From contig JBQGDU010000105.1 in the NCBI GenBank assembly GCA_052039245.1, forward strand, positions 1 through 39,470: a stretch of 39,470 bases of DNA. Reading direction: 5' to 3'. Position 1 is the stretch's first letter. The number at the start of each line of letters is the position of its first letter. The notes below the pieces were generated by a model. It saw only the letters and a list, made by a program, of their open reading frames with translations, made no database searches and had not been told where the DNA came from. Positions 17,851 to 26,778 of this stretch are shown piece by piece. The stretch is from Aeromicrobium sp. (GTDB lineage Bacteria; Actinomycetota; Actinomycetes; Propionibacteriales; Nocardioidaceae). Made by a program: the position numbers and the translations under genes.

Positions 17851-19179
17851 TCAGCGAGCGACACTCTCCGCGACGGTCCTCGGGGTGTCCTTGGCCTCGC
17901 CCTGGCGCAGGCGGCTCGCGGCCACCGCGGACAGCAGCGCCACTCCGACGCAGTAGATGATGACGAGGCGCCAGTGCCCGTCGGCGGCGGCGAGCAGCGA
18001 CGCGCCCAGGAGGGGCGAGAGCCCTCCGCCGAGCGTGGCGCCGACCTGCTGGGTGAGCGAGAGTCCGGTGTAGCGGACGTTCACCGGGTACAGGTTGGAG
18101 AACAGCGCCCCCTGCGTGGAGTACATCATCGCGTGACCGACGCCGAGGCCGAGCGTCATGCCGAGGGTGTAGGCCCAGAAGTTCCCGGTCTGGATGAGCA
18201 GGAAGAAGGGGACGCACAGCACGAGCTGGAAGACGGCACCTCCCACGTAGATCACGCGTCGACCGATGCGGTCGGACAAGTGCCCGAACAACGGCAGCGT
18301 GAAGCACTCCACGAGGCAGGCGATGAGCACAGCGGTCAGCACCGGGCCGCGCGGGAGGTCGAGCTCGACCGTCACGTACGTGATGGCGACGACGTAGTAG
18401 ATGTTGAACAGGCCGCTCTCGGCGAGCTTGGCCAGGATCGAGAGCACGACGGTGCCGGGCTGGCGCGTCACGACCTCGCGCACCGGGAGGCTCTGCACCT
18501 CCTTGTCGGCCCGCATCTTGACGAACTCGGGGCTCTCGGTGACGCGCAGACGGATGTACACGCCGACGGCGATCAGCAGGATGCTCAGCAGGAACGGGAT
18601 GCGCCACGCCCACTGCTCGTAGGCACCGGAGGGCAGCACGGCGTCCAGCAGCGCGACCAGTGCGACCGGCAGGAGCACACCGGCGGGGGTGCCGATGTGG
18701 ACGATCGAGGTGAACAGACCCTGACGGTCGCGGGGGCTGTACTCGAGCGCCATCAGCACGCCGCCGCCGTACTCGCCGCCCATGCCGAGTCCCTGGATCA
18801 CGCGGATGAGCACGAGCAGGATCGGCGCCCAGATGCCGATGGTGTCGTACGACGGCAGCAGGCCGATGGCGAAGGTGCCGATGCCCATCATGAGCATCGT
18901 GATGATGAGGACGTTCTTGCGGCCGAGCTTGTCGCCGAAGTGGCCGAAGATCAGACCGCCCAGTGGCCGGGCGAGGTAGCCCACGAAGTACGTCGCGAAC
19001 GCCGCGAGCGTGCCGACGAGTGGCGAGGCGTCCGGGAAGAAGATGCGGTCGAAGACGAGGGCCGCGGTGGTGGCGTAGAGCGTGAAGTCGTAGTACTCCA
19101 CGGTGGTGCCCAGGGCACTCGCCGTCACGACGCGACGCAGCGGCGTCGCCTTCGCGTTCTCCTCGGCCTGCTTCGACAT
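17851..19179 (-). CDS. MFS metabolite:H+ symporter (MHS/ShiA-like)
   Basis: GTTVEYYDFTLY, ARPLGGLIFGHFGDKLGRK, QGLGMGGEYGG, WRIPFL, ESPEF. Confidence 0.92.
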   Translation of the reverse strand: MSKQAEENAKATPLRRVVTASALGTTVEYYDFTLYATTAALVFDRIFFPDASPLVGTLAAFATYFVGYLARPLGGLIFGHFGDKLGRKNVLIITMLMMGIGTFAIGLLPSYDTIGIWAPILLVLIRVIQGLGMGGEYGGGVLMALEYSPRDRQGLFTSIVHIGTPAGVLLPVALVALLDAVLPSGAYEQWAWRIPFLLSILLIAVGVYIRLRVTESPEFVKMRADKEVQSLPVREVVTRQPGTVVLSILAKLAESGLFNIYYVVAITYVTVELDLPRGPVLTAVLIACLVECFTLPLFGHLSDRIGRRVIYVGGAVFQLVLCVPFFLLIQTGNFWAYTLGMTLGLGVGHAMMYSTQGALFSNLYPVNVRYTGLSLTQQVGATLGGGLSPLLGASLLAAADGHWRLVIIYCVGVALLSAVAASRLRQGEAKDTPRTVAESVAR

Positions 19180-19205
19180 GGTCATCCCCTCGAGCGGTCT
19201 GAAAT

Positions 19206-19217
19206 CTGATGCATCAG
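19206..19217. promoter_or_regulatory. Putative GntR operator CTGATGCATCAG
   Basis: Perfect palindrome upstream of the MFS gene; related sites at 19331-19342, 21745-21756, 29045-29063 and 29933-29944. Confidence 0.6.
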
Positions 19218-19330
19218 GCACAGTAGTCCCGTGAACGCGGTATGACAACCCTGTTGCGGCGGCGAATCCGCCGGATCGAACCGGGCCCGCGCCCTGCCGC
19301 TCGTGCGCCACAGCCAGCGCAGTTGTCCAT

Positions 19331-19342
19331 GTAATACATCAG
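19331..19342 (-). promoter_or_regulatory. Putative GntR operator (CTGATGTATTAC on the minus strand)
   Basis: Lies in the ALDH promoter just upstream of the CACAAT -10 element. Confidence 0.5.
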
Positions 19343-19357
19343 GTACACAATGGCGTC

Positions 19358-20755
19358 ATGGCTGATACCTCCCCCACCCCGATCGAGACCCAGCTCGCCC
19401 GCGCCGACGAGATCCGTCGTGCTGTCGCCACGAGTCCTGTGGCGCACCGCGCCGACTGGCTCGACTCGCTCGCCGACGCCCTGGACCAGCACGCCGACGA
19501 GCTCGTGCCCCTCGCGCACGAGGAGACGAGCCTGGGCACCGAACCCCGGCTCGCCGGTGAGCTGCGCCGTACGACCTTCCAGGCACGCCTGTTCGCGCAC
19601 GGGCTGCGCGACGGCTCGCTGGTCCCGCGTCAGGTCGACCTCGCCGACGAGTCGTGGGGCATGGGTCCACGTCCGGACCTGCGACGCACCGTGCAGGGCA
19701 TCGGCCCCGTCCTCGTGTTCGCCGCGAGCAACTTCCCGTTCGCCTTCAGCGTGTGCGGCGGCGACACCGTCTCGGCCATCGCCGCCGGCTGTCCGGTGAC
19801 CGTCAAGGCCCACCCGGGTCACCCGCGACTGTCTCGCCGGACCGCGGACATCGCCTCCGCTGCTCTCACGGCAGCAGGCGCCCCCGAGGGCCTCCTGCAG
19901 CTCATCGAGGGCACCGAGGAGAGCCTCGACGCACTGCGCGACCCCCGCATCCTCGCCGCGGCGTTCACCGGCTCGACACGCGGCGGCCGTGCACTCGCCC
20001 AGGTGGCCGCCGACCGCCCGGATCCCATCCCCTTCTACGGCGAGCTGGGCAGCGTCAATCCCGTCGTCGTCACCCCAGCAGCCGCCGAGGCACGACTCCA
20101 GGACGTCCGCGACGGCTGGGTGGCCTCCCTGACCCTCGGCGTCGGACAGTTCTGCACCAACCCCGGCCTGCTGCTGGTGCCCGACGCAGAGGCGTTCGTG
20201 GAGGGGATCCAGCTGCCGACGCCCGCGCCCATGCTCAACGAGCGGATCGAGGAGGGGTACCGGACCGGTCTCGAGCACGTCAGCGACGTCGACGGCGTGC
20301 GGGTGGCGATCACCGGCTCCACCTCCGAGCGAGGCATCACCCCCAGCGTGCTGGTCGCAGACCGGGACACCGTCCTCGGCTCGCCCGAGCTGCTCGGCGA
20401 GGAGATCTTCGGACCGGCCGGCCTCGTCGTCGGCTACGGCGACGCCGACGGTCTGGCCGCGCTGGTCGATGCCCTGCCCGGTCAGCTCACCTGCACCGTG
20501 CAGACCGCCACGGACGACGACGAGGTCGCCGCCGCGGTGCTTCCGGCGCTCGCCGAGCGCGCCGGCCGCGTGGTGTGGAACGAGTGGCCCACCGGGGTCA
20601 GTGTCACGGCCGCGCAGCAGCACGGCGGCCCGTGGCCCGCTACCACCGCACCCACGACGACGTCCGTGGGAACGGCGGCGATCAGCCGGTTCCAGCGCCC
20701 CGTCGCGTACCAGAACGTGCCCCAGGCGCTGCTGCCGGAGAACCTGCGCGACTGA
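19358..20755 (+). CDS. NAD(P)+-dependent aldehyde dehydrogenase, alpha-ketoglutaric semialdehyde dehydrogenase (KGSADH) subfamily
   Basis: VFAASNFPFAFSVCGGDT, KAHPGHP, FTGSTRGG, GELGSVNP, GQFCTNPG, EEIFGP, HGGPWPATT, RFQRPVAYQN. Confidence 0.9.
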   Translation: MADTSPTPIETQLARADEIRRAVATSPVAHRADWLDSLADALDQHADELVPLAHEETSLGTEPRLAGELRRTTFQARLFAHGLRDGSLVPRQVDLADESWGMGPRPDLRRTVQGIGPVLVFAASNFPFAFSVCGGDTVSAIAAGCPVTVKAHPGHPRLSRRTADIASAALTAAGAPEGLLQLIEGTEESLDALRDPRILAAAFTGSTRGGRALAQVAADRPDPIPFYGELGSVNPVVVTPAAAEARLQDVRDGWVASLTLGVGQFCTNPGLLLVPDAEAFVEGIQLPTPAPMLNERIEEGYRTGLEHVSDVDGVRVAITGSTSERGITPSVLVADRDTVLGSPELLGEEIFGPAGLVVGYGDADGLAALVDALPGQLTCTVQTATDDDEVAAAVLPALAERAGRVVWNEWPTGVSVTAAQQHGGPWPATTAPTTTSVGTAAISRFQRPVAYQNVPQALLPENLRD

Positions 20756-20772
20756 CCCGCCGCACGAAGAAG

Positions 20773-20806
20773 GTCGGCCCCGGACCCGGGTGGGTCCGGG
20801 GCCGAC
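20773..20806. terminator. Bidirectional hairpin terminator
   Basis: GTCGGCCCCGGACCC-gggt-GGGTCCGGGGCCGAC, perfect 15-bp stem between convergent genes. Confidence 0.8.
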
Positions 20807-20824
20807 GTCGTCAGGCGTACGGGC

Positions 20825-21718
20825 TCAGGCGATGAGCCCGGCGACCTTGAGCGCCTGGCCGATCTCGGCACGCTCGGCGTCGGACGCCGGAGCGAACGGC
20901 TTGCGCGGCCGTCCGCCGTCGCGGCCCTGCAGCTCCAGGGCGGCCTTGATGCGGGCCGGGAGGTTGGGTCCGTCGATCGCGGTCCACACGGCGAGGATCT
21001 TCTCGTGCAGGCTGCGCGCCGCAGCATGATCGCCACGCTGGACGGCGTCCCACAGCTCGACGCTCAGCCGCGGGGTCACGGTCGGGATCGCTGCCAGGGC
21101 CCCGTGTGCCCCCATGACGAACGCCGGGTAGTGCAGGTTGTCCAGGGCGGCGAGGATGCGGAACCGGTCACGGTAGTTCGCCAGGAGCTCAGCGAGCAGA
21201 TGGATGTTGCCACCGCTCTGCTTGATGGCCACCACGAGCGGCACCTCCTCGGCGATCCGCGCGATGCCGTCGACCTGCACGAGCGCCCACGGGACGACGT
21301 TGTACAGGACGATCGGCAGGCCGGCGGCGTCGGCGATGAGACGGTAGTGCTCGACCTCCTCGTCGACGGACGGCTTGAAGACGTAGTGCACCGGGGTCAC
21401 CTGCAGGGCGTCGGCGCCGGCCTCCTTGGCGGCCAGGCAGTACCGGATGGCCTGGGCGGTGCTGTTCTGGATCACGCCCGCGATGACCGGGACGCGCCCG
21501 TCGACCACGGTGGCGACCTCACTGATGATGGCGGCCGTCTCCTCCAGGGAGAGCGTCTGACCCTCCCCCGTGCTCCCGCACGCGCAGATGGCGGTCACAC
21601 CGGTGTCGAGCAGGTACTCGACCTCCGCCCGGATCTTGCTGACGTCGACCTGGTCGTTCTCGTCGAAGGGGGTCACGACCGTGGCGATCATGCCTCCGAG
21701 CTGGGTGGCGTCCATCAT
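20825..21718 (-). CDS. DapA/NAL-family class I aldolase (not a true DapA)
   Basis: TPF, GSTGE, catalytic Tyr in LYNVVP and Schiff-base Lys in IKQS; lacks the Arg of the DapA YNVPxRT motif. Confidence 0.88.
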   Translation of the reverse strand: MMDATQLGGMIATVVTPFDENDQVDVSKIRAEVEYLLDTGVTAICACGSTGEGQTLSLEETAAIISEVATVVDGRVPVIAGVIQNSTAQAIRYCLAAKEAGADALQVTPVHYVFKPSVDEEVEHYRLIADAAGLPIVLYNVVPWALVQVDGIARIAEEVPLVVAIKQSGGNIHLLAELLANYRDRFRILAALDNLHYPAFVMGAHGALAAIPTVTPRLSVELWDAVQRGDHAAARSLHEKILAVWTAIDGPNLPARIKAALELQGRDGGRPRKPFAPASDAERAEIGQALKVAGLIA

Positions 21719-21744
21719 TGTCCTTCCTCGCTGACATCTGGTGT

Positions 21745-21756
21745 CTGATATATTAG
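21745..21756. promoter_or_regulatory. Putative GntR operator CTGATATATTAG
   Basis: Near-palindrome in the divergent aldolase/kinase promoter. Confidence 0.55.
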
Positions 21757-21797
21757 GACATCACGATACCAACTGTCGACGCCTGCGGAGGACACCG

Positions 21798-23504
21798 GTG
21801 ACCGGATCCAGCCACTTCCTCGATCACGACGATCCCATCGGGGGCGCGCTGCGCGGACTCGCAGTCTCCCGTCCCGACCTCGAGGTCGTCGAGCGACCGC
21901 GTCACGTGTTCACCACCGCCACCCGTCCCGCTCGGCGGGTCGGGCTGGTCTCCGGCGGCGGATCCGGGCACGAGCCGAGGCACGGCGGCTTCGTCGGCGA
22001 GGGTGGGCTCGACGCCGCCGCGCCCGGACTGGTGTTCGCCTCGCCGCACAACCGTCAGGTGTACGAGGCCTGTCGTGCGGCGGCCCGCGAGGACGGGGTG
22101 CTGCAGATCGTGAAGAACTACACCGGCGACGTGATCAACTTCGGCATCGCAGCGGAACGGCTCCGAGCCGACGGAGTGCCCGTGGCCCAGGTGCTGGTCA
22201 CCGACGACCTCGCCTCGGACTCCGACGAGACCGACACCGGTCGCCGTGGCACCGGAGCGACCGTCACGGTCGAACGGGCTCTCGCGACCGCAGCCGACCG
22301 GGGCGACGACCTCGCCGCGCTCCAGCGCCTCGGCGACTCAGTGGTCGCTGCCTCCCGCAGCCTCGCCGTCGCCGGACGTGCCCAGACATCGCTCACCACC
22401 GGCGAGCCGGCCTTCGCGCTCGAGCCCGGGACGGTGGAGTACGGCGTCGGCATCCACGGCGAGCGTGCCGCGTCCGCCACCGCCCGCCCCCCACTGGCCG
22501 AGCTGGTCGCCCGGATGACCGCCGAGCTCACCGCGGCGCTCGCCGACCGGCCGCACCCGGAGGGCTGGGCACTGTTCGTCAACGGTCTCGGTTCGGTGAC
22601 CGAGCTGGAGCTCCTGAGTGTCCTCGACCACGCCGTCGCCGAGCTGCGTGCTCGGGACGTGGAGGTGACGGCCGTCCTCGTGGGCACGTACGTCGCCGCA
22701 CTGGACATGCAGGGCTTCTCCCTCACCCTGACCGCCCTCGACACCGGGTGGCACGAGCTCCTCACGACCGGAGCGGGCGGCAGCGCGCTGCCCGTCTACT
22801 CCGCGCCGGGCGCACGCCCCCGGCCGGCGGAGACCGGGACGACCACGAGCTCCCCCGTCGCCGAGGACGACGTCTTCCTGACGACCTTGACGCGCCAGGC
22901 CGAGCGACTGCACGGGGGTCTCACGAGGCTGGACCAGCTGGCCGGCGACGGTGACTTCGGCGACAACCTCCTGGCCGGCGCACGAGGGGCGGCGCGCCAG
23001 GCTCCGGCGGAGGGATCGATGCTGCCCGGGCTGTCGGCCGCCGTCGCGGAGTTCCTCGACGAGGTCGGCGGGTCCTCCGGTCCGCTGTACGGACTCTTCC
23101 TGCCGCACGTCCCCGACGCCGTCGTGGACGTGGCGCCCGGCGGACCCGCCACCGCCGAGGAGCCCGTGCTCACGGACGCCGTCCGGCGGGGCTGCGCCGA
23201 CGCCGCGAGCACCATCACGCGCATCGCCGGGGCGCGTCCGGGCGACCGGACGATGATCGACGCCCTCGCGGCCGTCGCCGCCTCGGAGGCGACCCGACTG
23301 CAGGATCTCCTGGAGGCGGCCCTGGACGGTGCCCGCTCGACTGCCGAGATGACGGCGCGGCGCGGCCGGGCCAGCTACGTCGGGGATCGTGTCCTGGGCC
23401 AGCCCGACCCGGGAGCGGTCGGCGTCGTCGTGGTGCTTCACGCGCTGGCCAGCTCGCTCGCCCCCGACCAGGTCGACGCAGGGCTGCTCGACGAGTGGGC
23501 TTGA
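21798..23504 (+). CDS. Dihydroxyacetone kinase / triokinase-like protein, fused DhaK-DhaL
   Basis: GGGSGHEP, VKNYTGD, GRRG, GIHGE, NGLG, GDGDFG, GGSSGPLYG, GDRTMIDAL, GRASYVG...DPGA; GGAGG SD before GTG 21798. Confidence 0.9.
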   Translation: MTGSSHFLDHDDPIGGALRGLAVSRPDLEVVERPRHVFTTATRPARRVGLVSGGGSGHEPRHGGFVGEGGLDAAAPGLVFASPHNRQVYEACRAAAREDGVLQIVKNYTGDVINFGIAAERLRADGVPVAQVLVTDDLASDSDETDTGRRGTGATVTVERALATAADRGDDLAALQRLGDSVVAASRSLAVAGRAQTSLTTGEPAFALEPGTVEYGVGIHGERAASATARPPLAELVARMTAELTAALADRPHPEGWALFVNGLGSVTELELLSVLDHAVAELRARDVEVTAVLVGTYVAALDMQGFSLTLTALDTGWHELLTTGAGGSALPVYSAPGARPRPAETGTTTSSPVAEDDVFLTTLTRQAERLHGGLTRLDQLAGDGDFGDNLLAGARGAARQAPAEGSMLPGLSAAVAEFLDEVGGSSGPLYGLFLPHVPDAVVDVAPGGPATAEEPVLTDAVRRGCADAASTITRIAGARPGDRTMIDALAAVAASEATRLQDLLEAALDGARSTAEMTARRGRASYVGDRVLGQPDPGAVGVVVVLHALASSLAPDQVDAGLLDEWA

Positions 23505-24715
23505 GCGCCTCGGACCGAGAGCTGCTCCCGGCCCGGCGCCGGCCGGGTCGGGAGCACCTGCGCCTCATGGCTCCCCCGCGCGGACGCCGGCCACGCGGGG
23601 TGGCCGCGGCACAGACGGTCGACGACCTGCGACGCCTCGCCACCCGTCGCGCGCCGCGCCCCGTGCTCGACTACGTCGACGGTGGAGCCGAGCGCGAGAA
23701 CACCGTCCGCTCCGCGCAGGAGGCCTTCGACGCGGTCGCCTGGCGTCCCCACGTGCTCCGCGGCACCCAGGACGTCGACCTGTCTCGAACCGTGCTCGGC
23801 GTGCGGCGGCCTCTGCCGTTCGCCCTGGGGCCCACCGGCTTCAGCCGGATGATGCACACCCACGGGGAGACCGGGGCCGCGCTCGCCGCCGAACGCGCCG
23901 GGATCCCGTACGCCGTCTCCAGCATGACCACGACGCCGCTGCCGGAGATCGCCGCTGCCGGGGCGGTCACCTGGTTCCAGCTCTACCTGTGGCGTGACCG
24001 CGGCCGCACCGTCGAGCTGCTCGACGAGGCGCGCGACGTCGGGTGCACGACGCTCCTCGTCACCGCGGACGTCCCGGTCGGCGGGAACCGACTGCGCGAC
24101 GTCCGGAACGGGCTCACCATCCCGCCACGGCTCAGCGCGCGAACCGTCGCCGCCCTCGCACGTCGGCCCCGCTGGTGCTTCGACGCGCTCACGACGGCAC
24201 CGCTGCGGATGGCCGCCGTGCCCGGGTGGGACGAGTCTCTCGAGCAGCTGTCCGGCACGCTGTTCGAACCCGCCGCCACGACGGAGGACCTGCGCTGGCT
24301 GCGCGACCTCTGGCCCGGGCGCCTGGTGGTCAAGGGGGTGCTGCGAGGCGACGACGCGCGGGACTTCGTCGATCTCGGCGCGGATGCCGTCGTCGTGTCC
24401 GACCACGGTGGGCGTCAGCTGGACAACGCCCAGCACGCGCTCGGCGCGCTGCCGGAGGTCGTCGAGGCCGTGGGAGGGGACGCCGAGGTCTGGTACGACG
24501 GAGGGATCCGCCGCGGCGCGGACGTGGCAGCGGCGCTGGCCCTGGGGGCACGCACCGTCCTGCTGGGGCGCGCCTACCTGTACGGCCTCATGGCCGGCGG
24601 CACGGCCGGCGTGGACCGTGCGGTCACGATCCTGGCCGAGGAGCTGCGGCGGTGCCTGCACCTCTTGGGCGTCCCGTCGGTGGACGCACTGACCCCCCAG
24701 CTGCTGGCTCCCTAG
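23495..24715 (+). CDS. FMN-dependent alpha-hydroxy acid dehydrogenase (L-lactate dehydrogenase-like)
   Basis: DYVDGGA, PTG, WFQLY, R.RDVRNG, VVKG, SDHGGRQLD, DGGIRRG, GRAYLYGL; overlaps the kinase stop. Confidence 0.9.
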   Translation: MGLSASDRELLPARRRPGREHLRLMAPPRGRRPRGVAAAQTVDDLRRLATRRAPRPVLDYVDGGAERENTVRSAQEAFDAVAWRPHVLRGTQDVDLSRTVLGVRRPLPFALGPTGFSRMMHTHGETGAALAAERAGIPYAVSSMTTTPLPEIAAAGAVTWFQLYLWRDRGRTVELLDEARDVGCTTLLVTADVPVGGNRLRDVRNGLTIPPRLSARTVAALARRPRWCFDALTTAPLRMAAVPGWDESLEQLSGTLFEPAATTEDLRWLRDLWPGRLVVKGVLRGDDARDFVDLGADAVVVSDHGGRQLDNAQHALGALPEVVEAVGGDAEVWYDGGIRRGADVAAALALGARTVLLGRAYLYGLMAGGTAGVDRAVTILAEELRRCLHLLGVPSVDALTPQLLAP

Positions 24716-24726
24716 CCACAGCGACG

Positions 24727-24764
24727 GCTCGGTCTCCCCGACCACGAGGGCGGGGAGACCGAGC
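24727..24764. terminator. Bidirectional hairpin terminator
   Basis: GCTCGGTCTCCCCG-N10-CGGGGAGACCGAGC, perfect 14-bp stem between convergent genes. Confidence 0.75.
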
Positions 24765-24767
24765 GCG

Positions 24768-25937
24768 TCAGACGGGTGCCGGGTCCAGCGACTCGATGCG
24801 CTCCCCCGTGGCTCCGTCGAACCAGGAGGCACTCGCCGGGTCGAAGTCGAGTCCGCACACGTCGCCCGCGACCCAGGGACAGCTGCCGGAGACTCGCGCG
24901 TAGCGCAGCCCACGGGAGGCCGCCCCACCGATCGCCTCCTGCGGCCCGGCGGCGTCGTCGCCGAGCTGCAGACCCACCACGGACTCGGCACCGAGGTGCT
25001 CGACGACGGCCACCCGGGCCTCGATCCGACCCTGCCCCTGGGGCAGGAGGGTGAGCGTCTCGGGGCGCACCCCCACGGTGCTGTCCCCGTCGGGAGCGTC
25101 CGGGAGCTGGACGGAGCGGCCCGCCATGGTGACCGTGTCACCCTCACGCCGCACACCGATGAGATTCATCGGCGGAGCGCCGATGAATCCCGCCACGAAG
25201 GTGTTGGCGGGCCGTTCGTAGATCTCCGCCGGGGTGCCGTACTGCTGCACCACGCCGTCGTTGAGCACCATGATGCGGGTGCCCATCGTCATGGCCTCGA
25301 CCTGGTCGTGCGTCACGTAGACGAAGGTCTTGCGCACTCGCTGGTAGAGGGCGGTGATCTCGGCCCGCATCTGGGTCCGCAGCTTCGCGTCGAGGTTGCT
25401 GAGCGGCTCGTCCAGCAGGTAGACGGAGGGCTCGCGGACCAAGGCCCGGGCCACGGCCACGCGCTGACGCTGACCGCCCGAGAGCGCCTTGGGCCGACGG
25501 TCCAGGTAGGAGGTGAGCTCGAGCGTCTCGGCCACCTCCTCGACACGCCGGCGCAGCTCCGGGTCCCGCAGAGCGGCCCGGCGCGTCACCATCCCCACGA
25601 GTGGGAGATGGTGCCACCAGCGGAACCGGTCCATCAGGAGTGGGAAGGCGATGTTGGCGCGGACCGTCTGGTGCGGGTACAGCGCGTACGACTGGAAGAC
25701 GAACGCGATGTTGCGGTCCTTCGGCGACAGCGACGTGACGTCCTCGTCGTCGAACAGGACGCGGCCACCGGTCACGTCGGTGAGGCCGGCGATCATGCGC
25801 AGCATCGTCGACTTTCCGCAGCCGCTCGGTCCGAGCAGGACCAGGAACTCCTGGTCGGGCACGGTGGCGTCGAACTCACGGATGACGGCGTTGTCGCCGT
25901 AGCTCTTACGGAGCTTGTCGAAGGTCAAAGCGGGCAC
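24768..25937 (-). CDS. Carbohydrate ABC transporter ATP-binding protein (MalK-like)
   Basis: GPSGCGKST, FQSYALYPH, LSGGQRQR, LLDEPLSNLD, YVTHDQ. Confidence 0.95.
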   Translation of the reverse strand: MPALTFDKLRKSYGDNAVIREFDATVPDQEFLVLLGPSGCGKSTMLRMIAGLTDVTGGRVLFDDEDVTSLSPKDRNIAFVFQSYALYPHQTVRANIAFPLLMDRFRWWHHLPLVGMVTRRAALRDPELRRRVEEVAETLELTSYLDRRPKALSGGQRQRVAVARALVREPSVYLLDEPLSNLDAKLRTQMRAEITALYQRVRKTFVYVTHDQVEAMTMGTRIMVLNDGVVQQYGTPAEIYERPANTFVAGFIGAPPMNLIGVRREGDTVTMAGRSVQLPDAPDGDSTVGVRPETLTLLPQGQGRIEARVAVVEHLGAESVVGLQLGDDAAGPQEAIGGAASRGLRYARVSGSCPWVAGDVCGLDFDPASASWFDGATGERIESLDPAPV

Positions 25938-25941
25938 GGGG

Positions 25942-26778
25942 TCATCCCTTCACGGCGCCGGAGGCCAGCCCCGACACGATTCTGCGTTGAACGAGCAAGA
26001 AAAAGACGACGGCCGGGATCGTGAAGACCACGGCGCCGCTGAACACCACGTCGAGCGGTGTCTTGTACTCCCCCTGGAAGGAGGCGAGCCCGGTGGAGGC
26101 CACCCAGCTGCTCTTGTCCTGCATGAACGTGGTGGCGAACAGGTACTCGTTCCAGCCGTCGAAGAACGCGACCACCGCGACGGCGGCGATCGACGGGACG
26201 ACGACCGGGGTCACCACGAAGCGCAGCGTCGCCAACGGACCGCAGCCGTCCACGCGGGCGGACTCCTCGATCTCGTAGGGCACGGCGTCGATGGCGGCCT
26301 TGAGGATCCACACCGCGACCGGCATGGCGAAGGCGGTGTTCGCGAGCACCAGACCGTGCAGCTCGTTGAGCAGCCCGAGAGTCACGAACAGCGAGTACAG
26401 GGGCACCACGATGAGCGCCTCCGGCAACATCTGGGACGCGAACAGCAGCAGCCCGACCGCACCCTTGCCGTGGAACTTGTAGCGCGACAGCGCGTAGGCC
26501 GCGAGCAGCGCCATCAGGACGCTCAGCACCATCGTGCCGAGGGCGACCACCAGCGAGTTGGTCATCCATCGCAGGAAGGGTGAGTCCGTGGTCAGGATCT
26601 GGAAGACCTGCCCGGCCCGACTGAGGTCGGGGACCAGGCTCTGCCCACCGGAGTACAACGCGTCGTTGGGCGTCATGCTCGTGTTGATCATCCAGTACAG
26701 CGGGAAGGCGGTGAGACCGGCAAGCGCGAAGGCCAGGACGACCCGCAGGCCCACCGAGAGACGACGGCGTGCAAACAT
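25942..26778 (-). CDS. Carbohydrate ABC transporter permease (MalG-like)
   Basis: AAYALSRYKFHG; EAA loop IEESARVDGC; WNEYLFA. Confidence 0.93.
   Translation of the reverse strand: MFARRRLSVGLRVVLAFALAGLTAFPLYWMINTSMTPNDALYSGGQSLVPDLSRAGQVFQILTTDSPFLRWMTNSLVVALGTMVLSVLMALLAAYALSRYKFHGKGAVGLLLFASQMLPEALIVVPLYSLFVTLGLLNELHGLVLANTAFAMPVAVWILKAAIDAVPYEIEESARVDGCGPLATLRFVVTPVVVPSIAAVAVVAFFDGWNEYLFATTFMQDKSSWVASTGLASFQGEYKTPLDVVFSGAVVFTIPAVVFFLLVQRRIVSGLASGAVKG

Noticed and set aside
20825-21718. Calling this gene dapA (lysine biosynthesis)
   Set aside because: It lacks the DapA-specific Arg after YNVP and sits in a catabolic cluster
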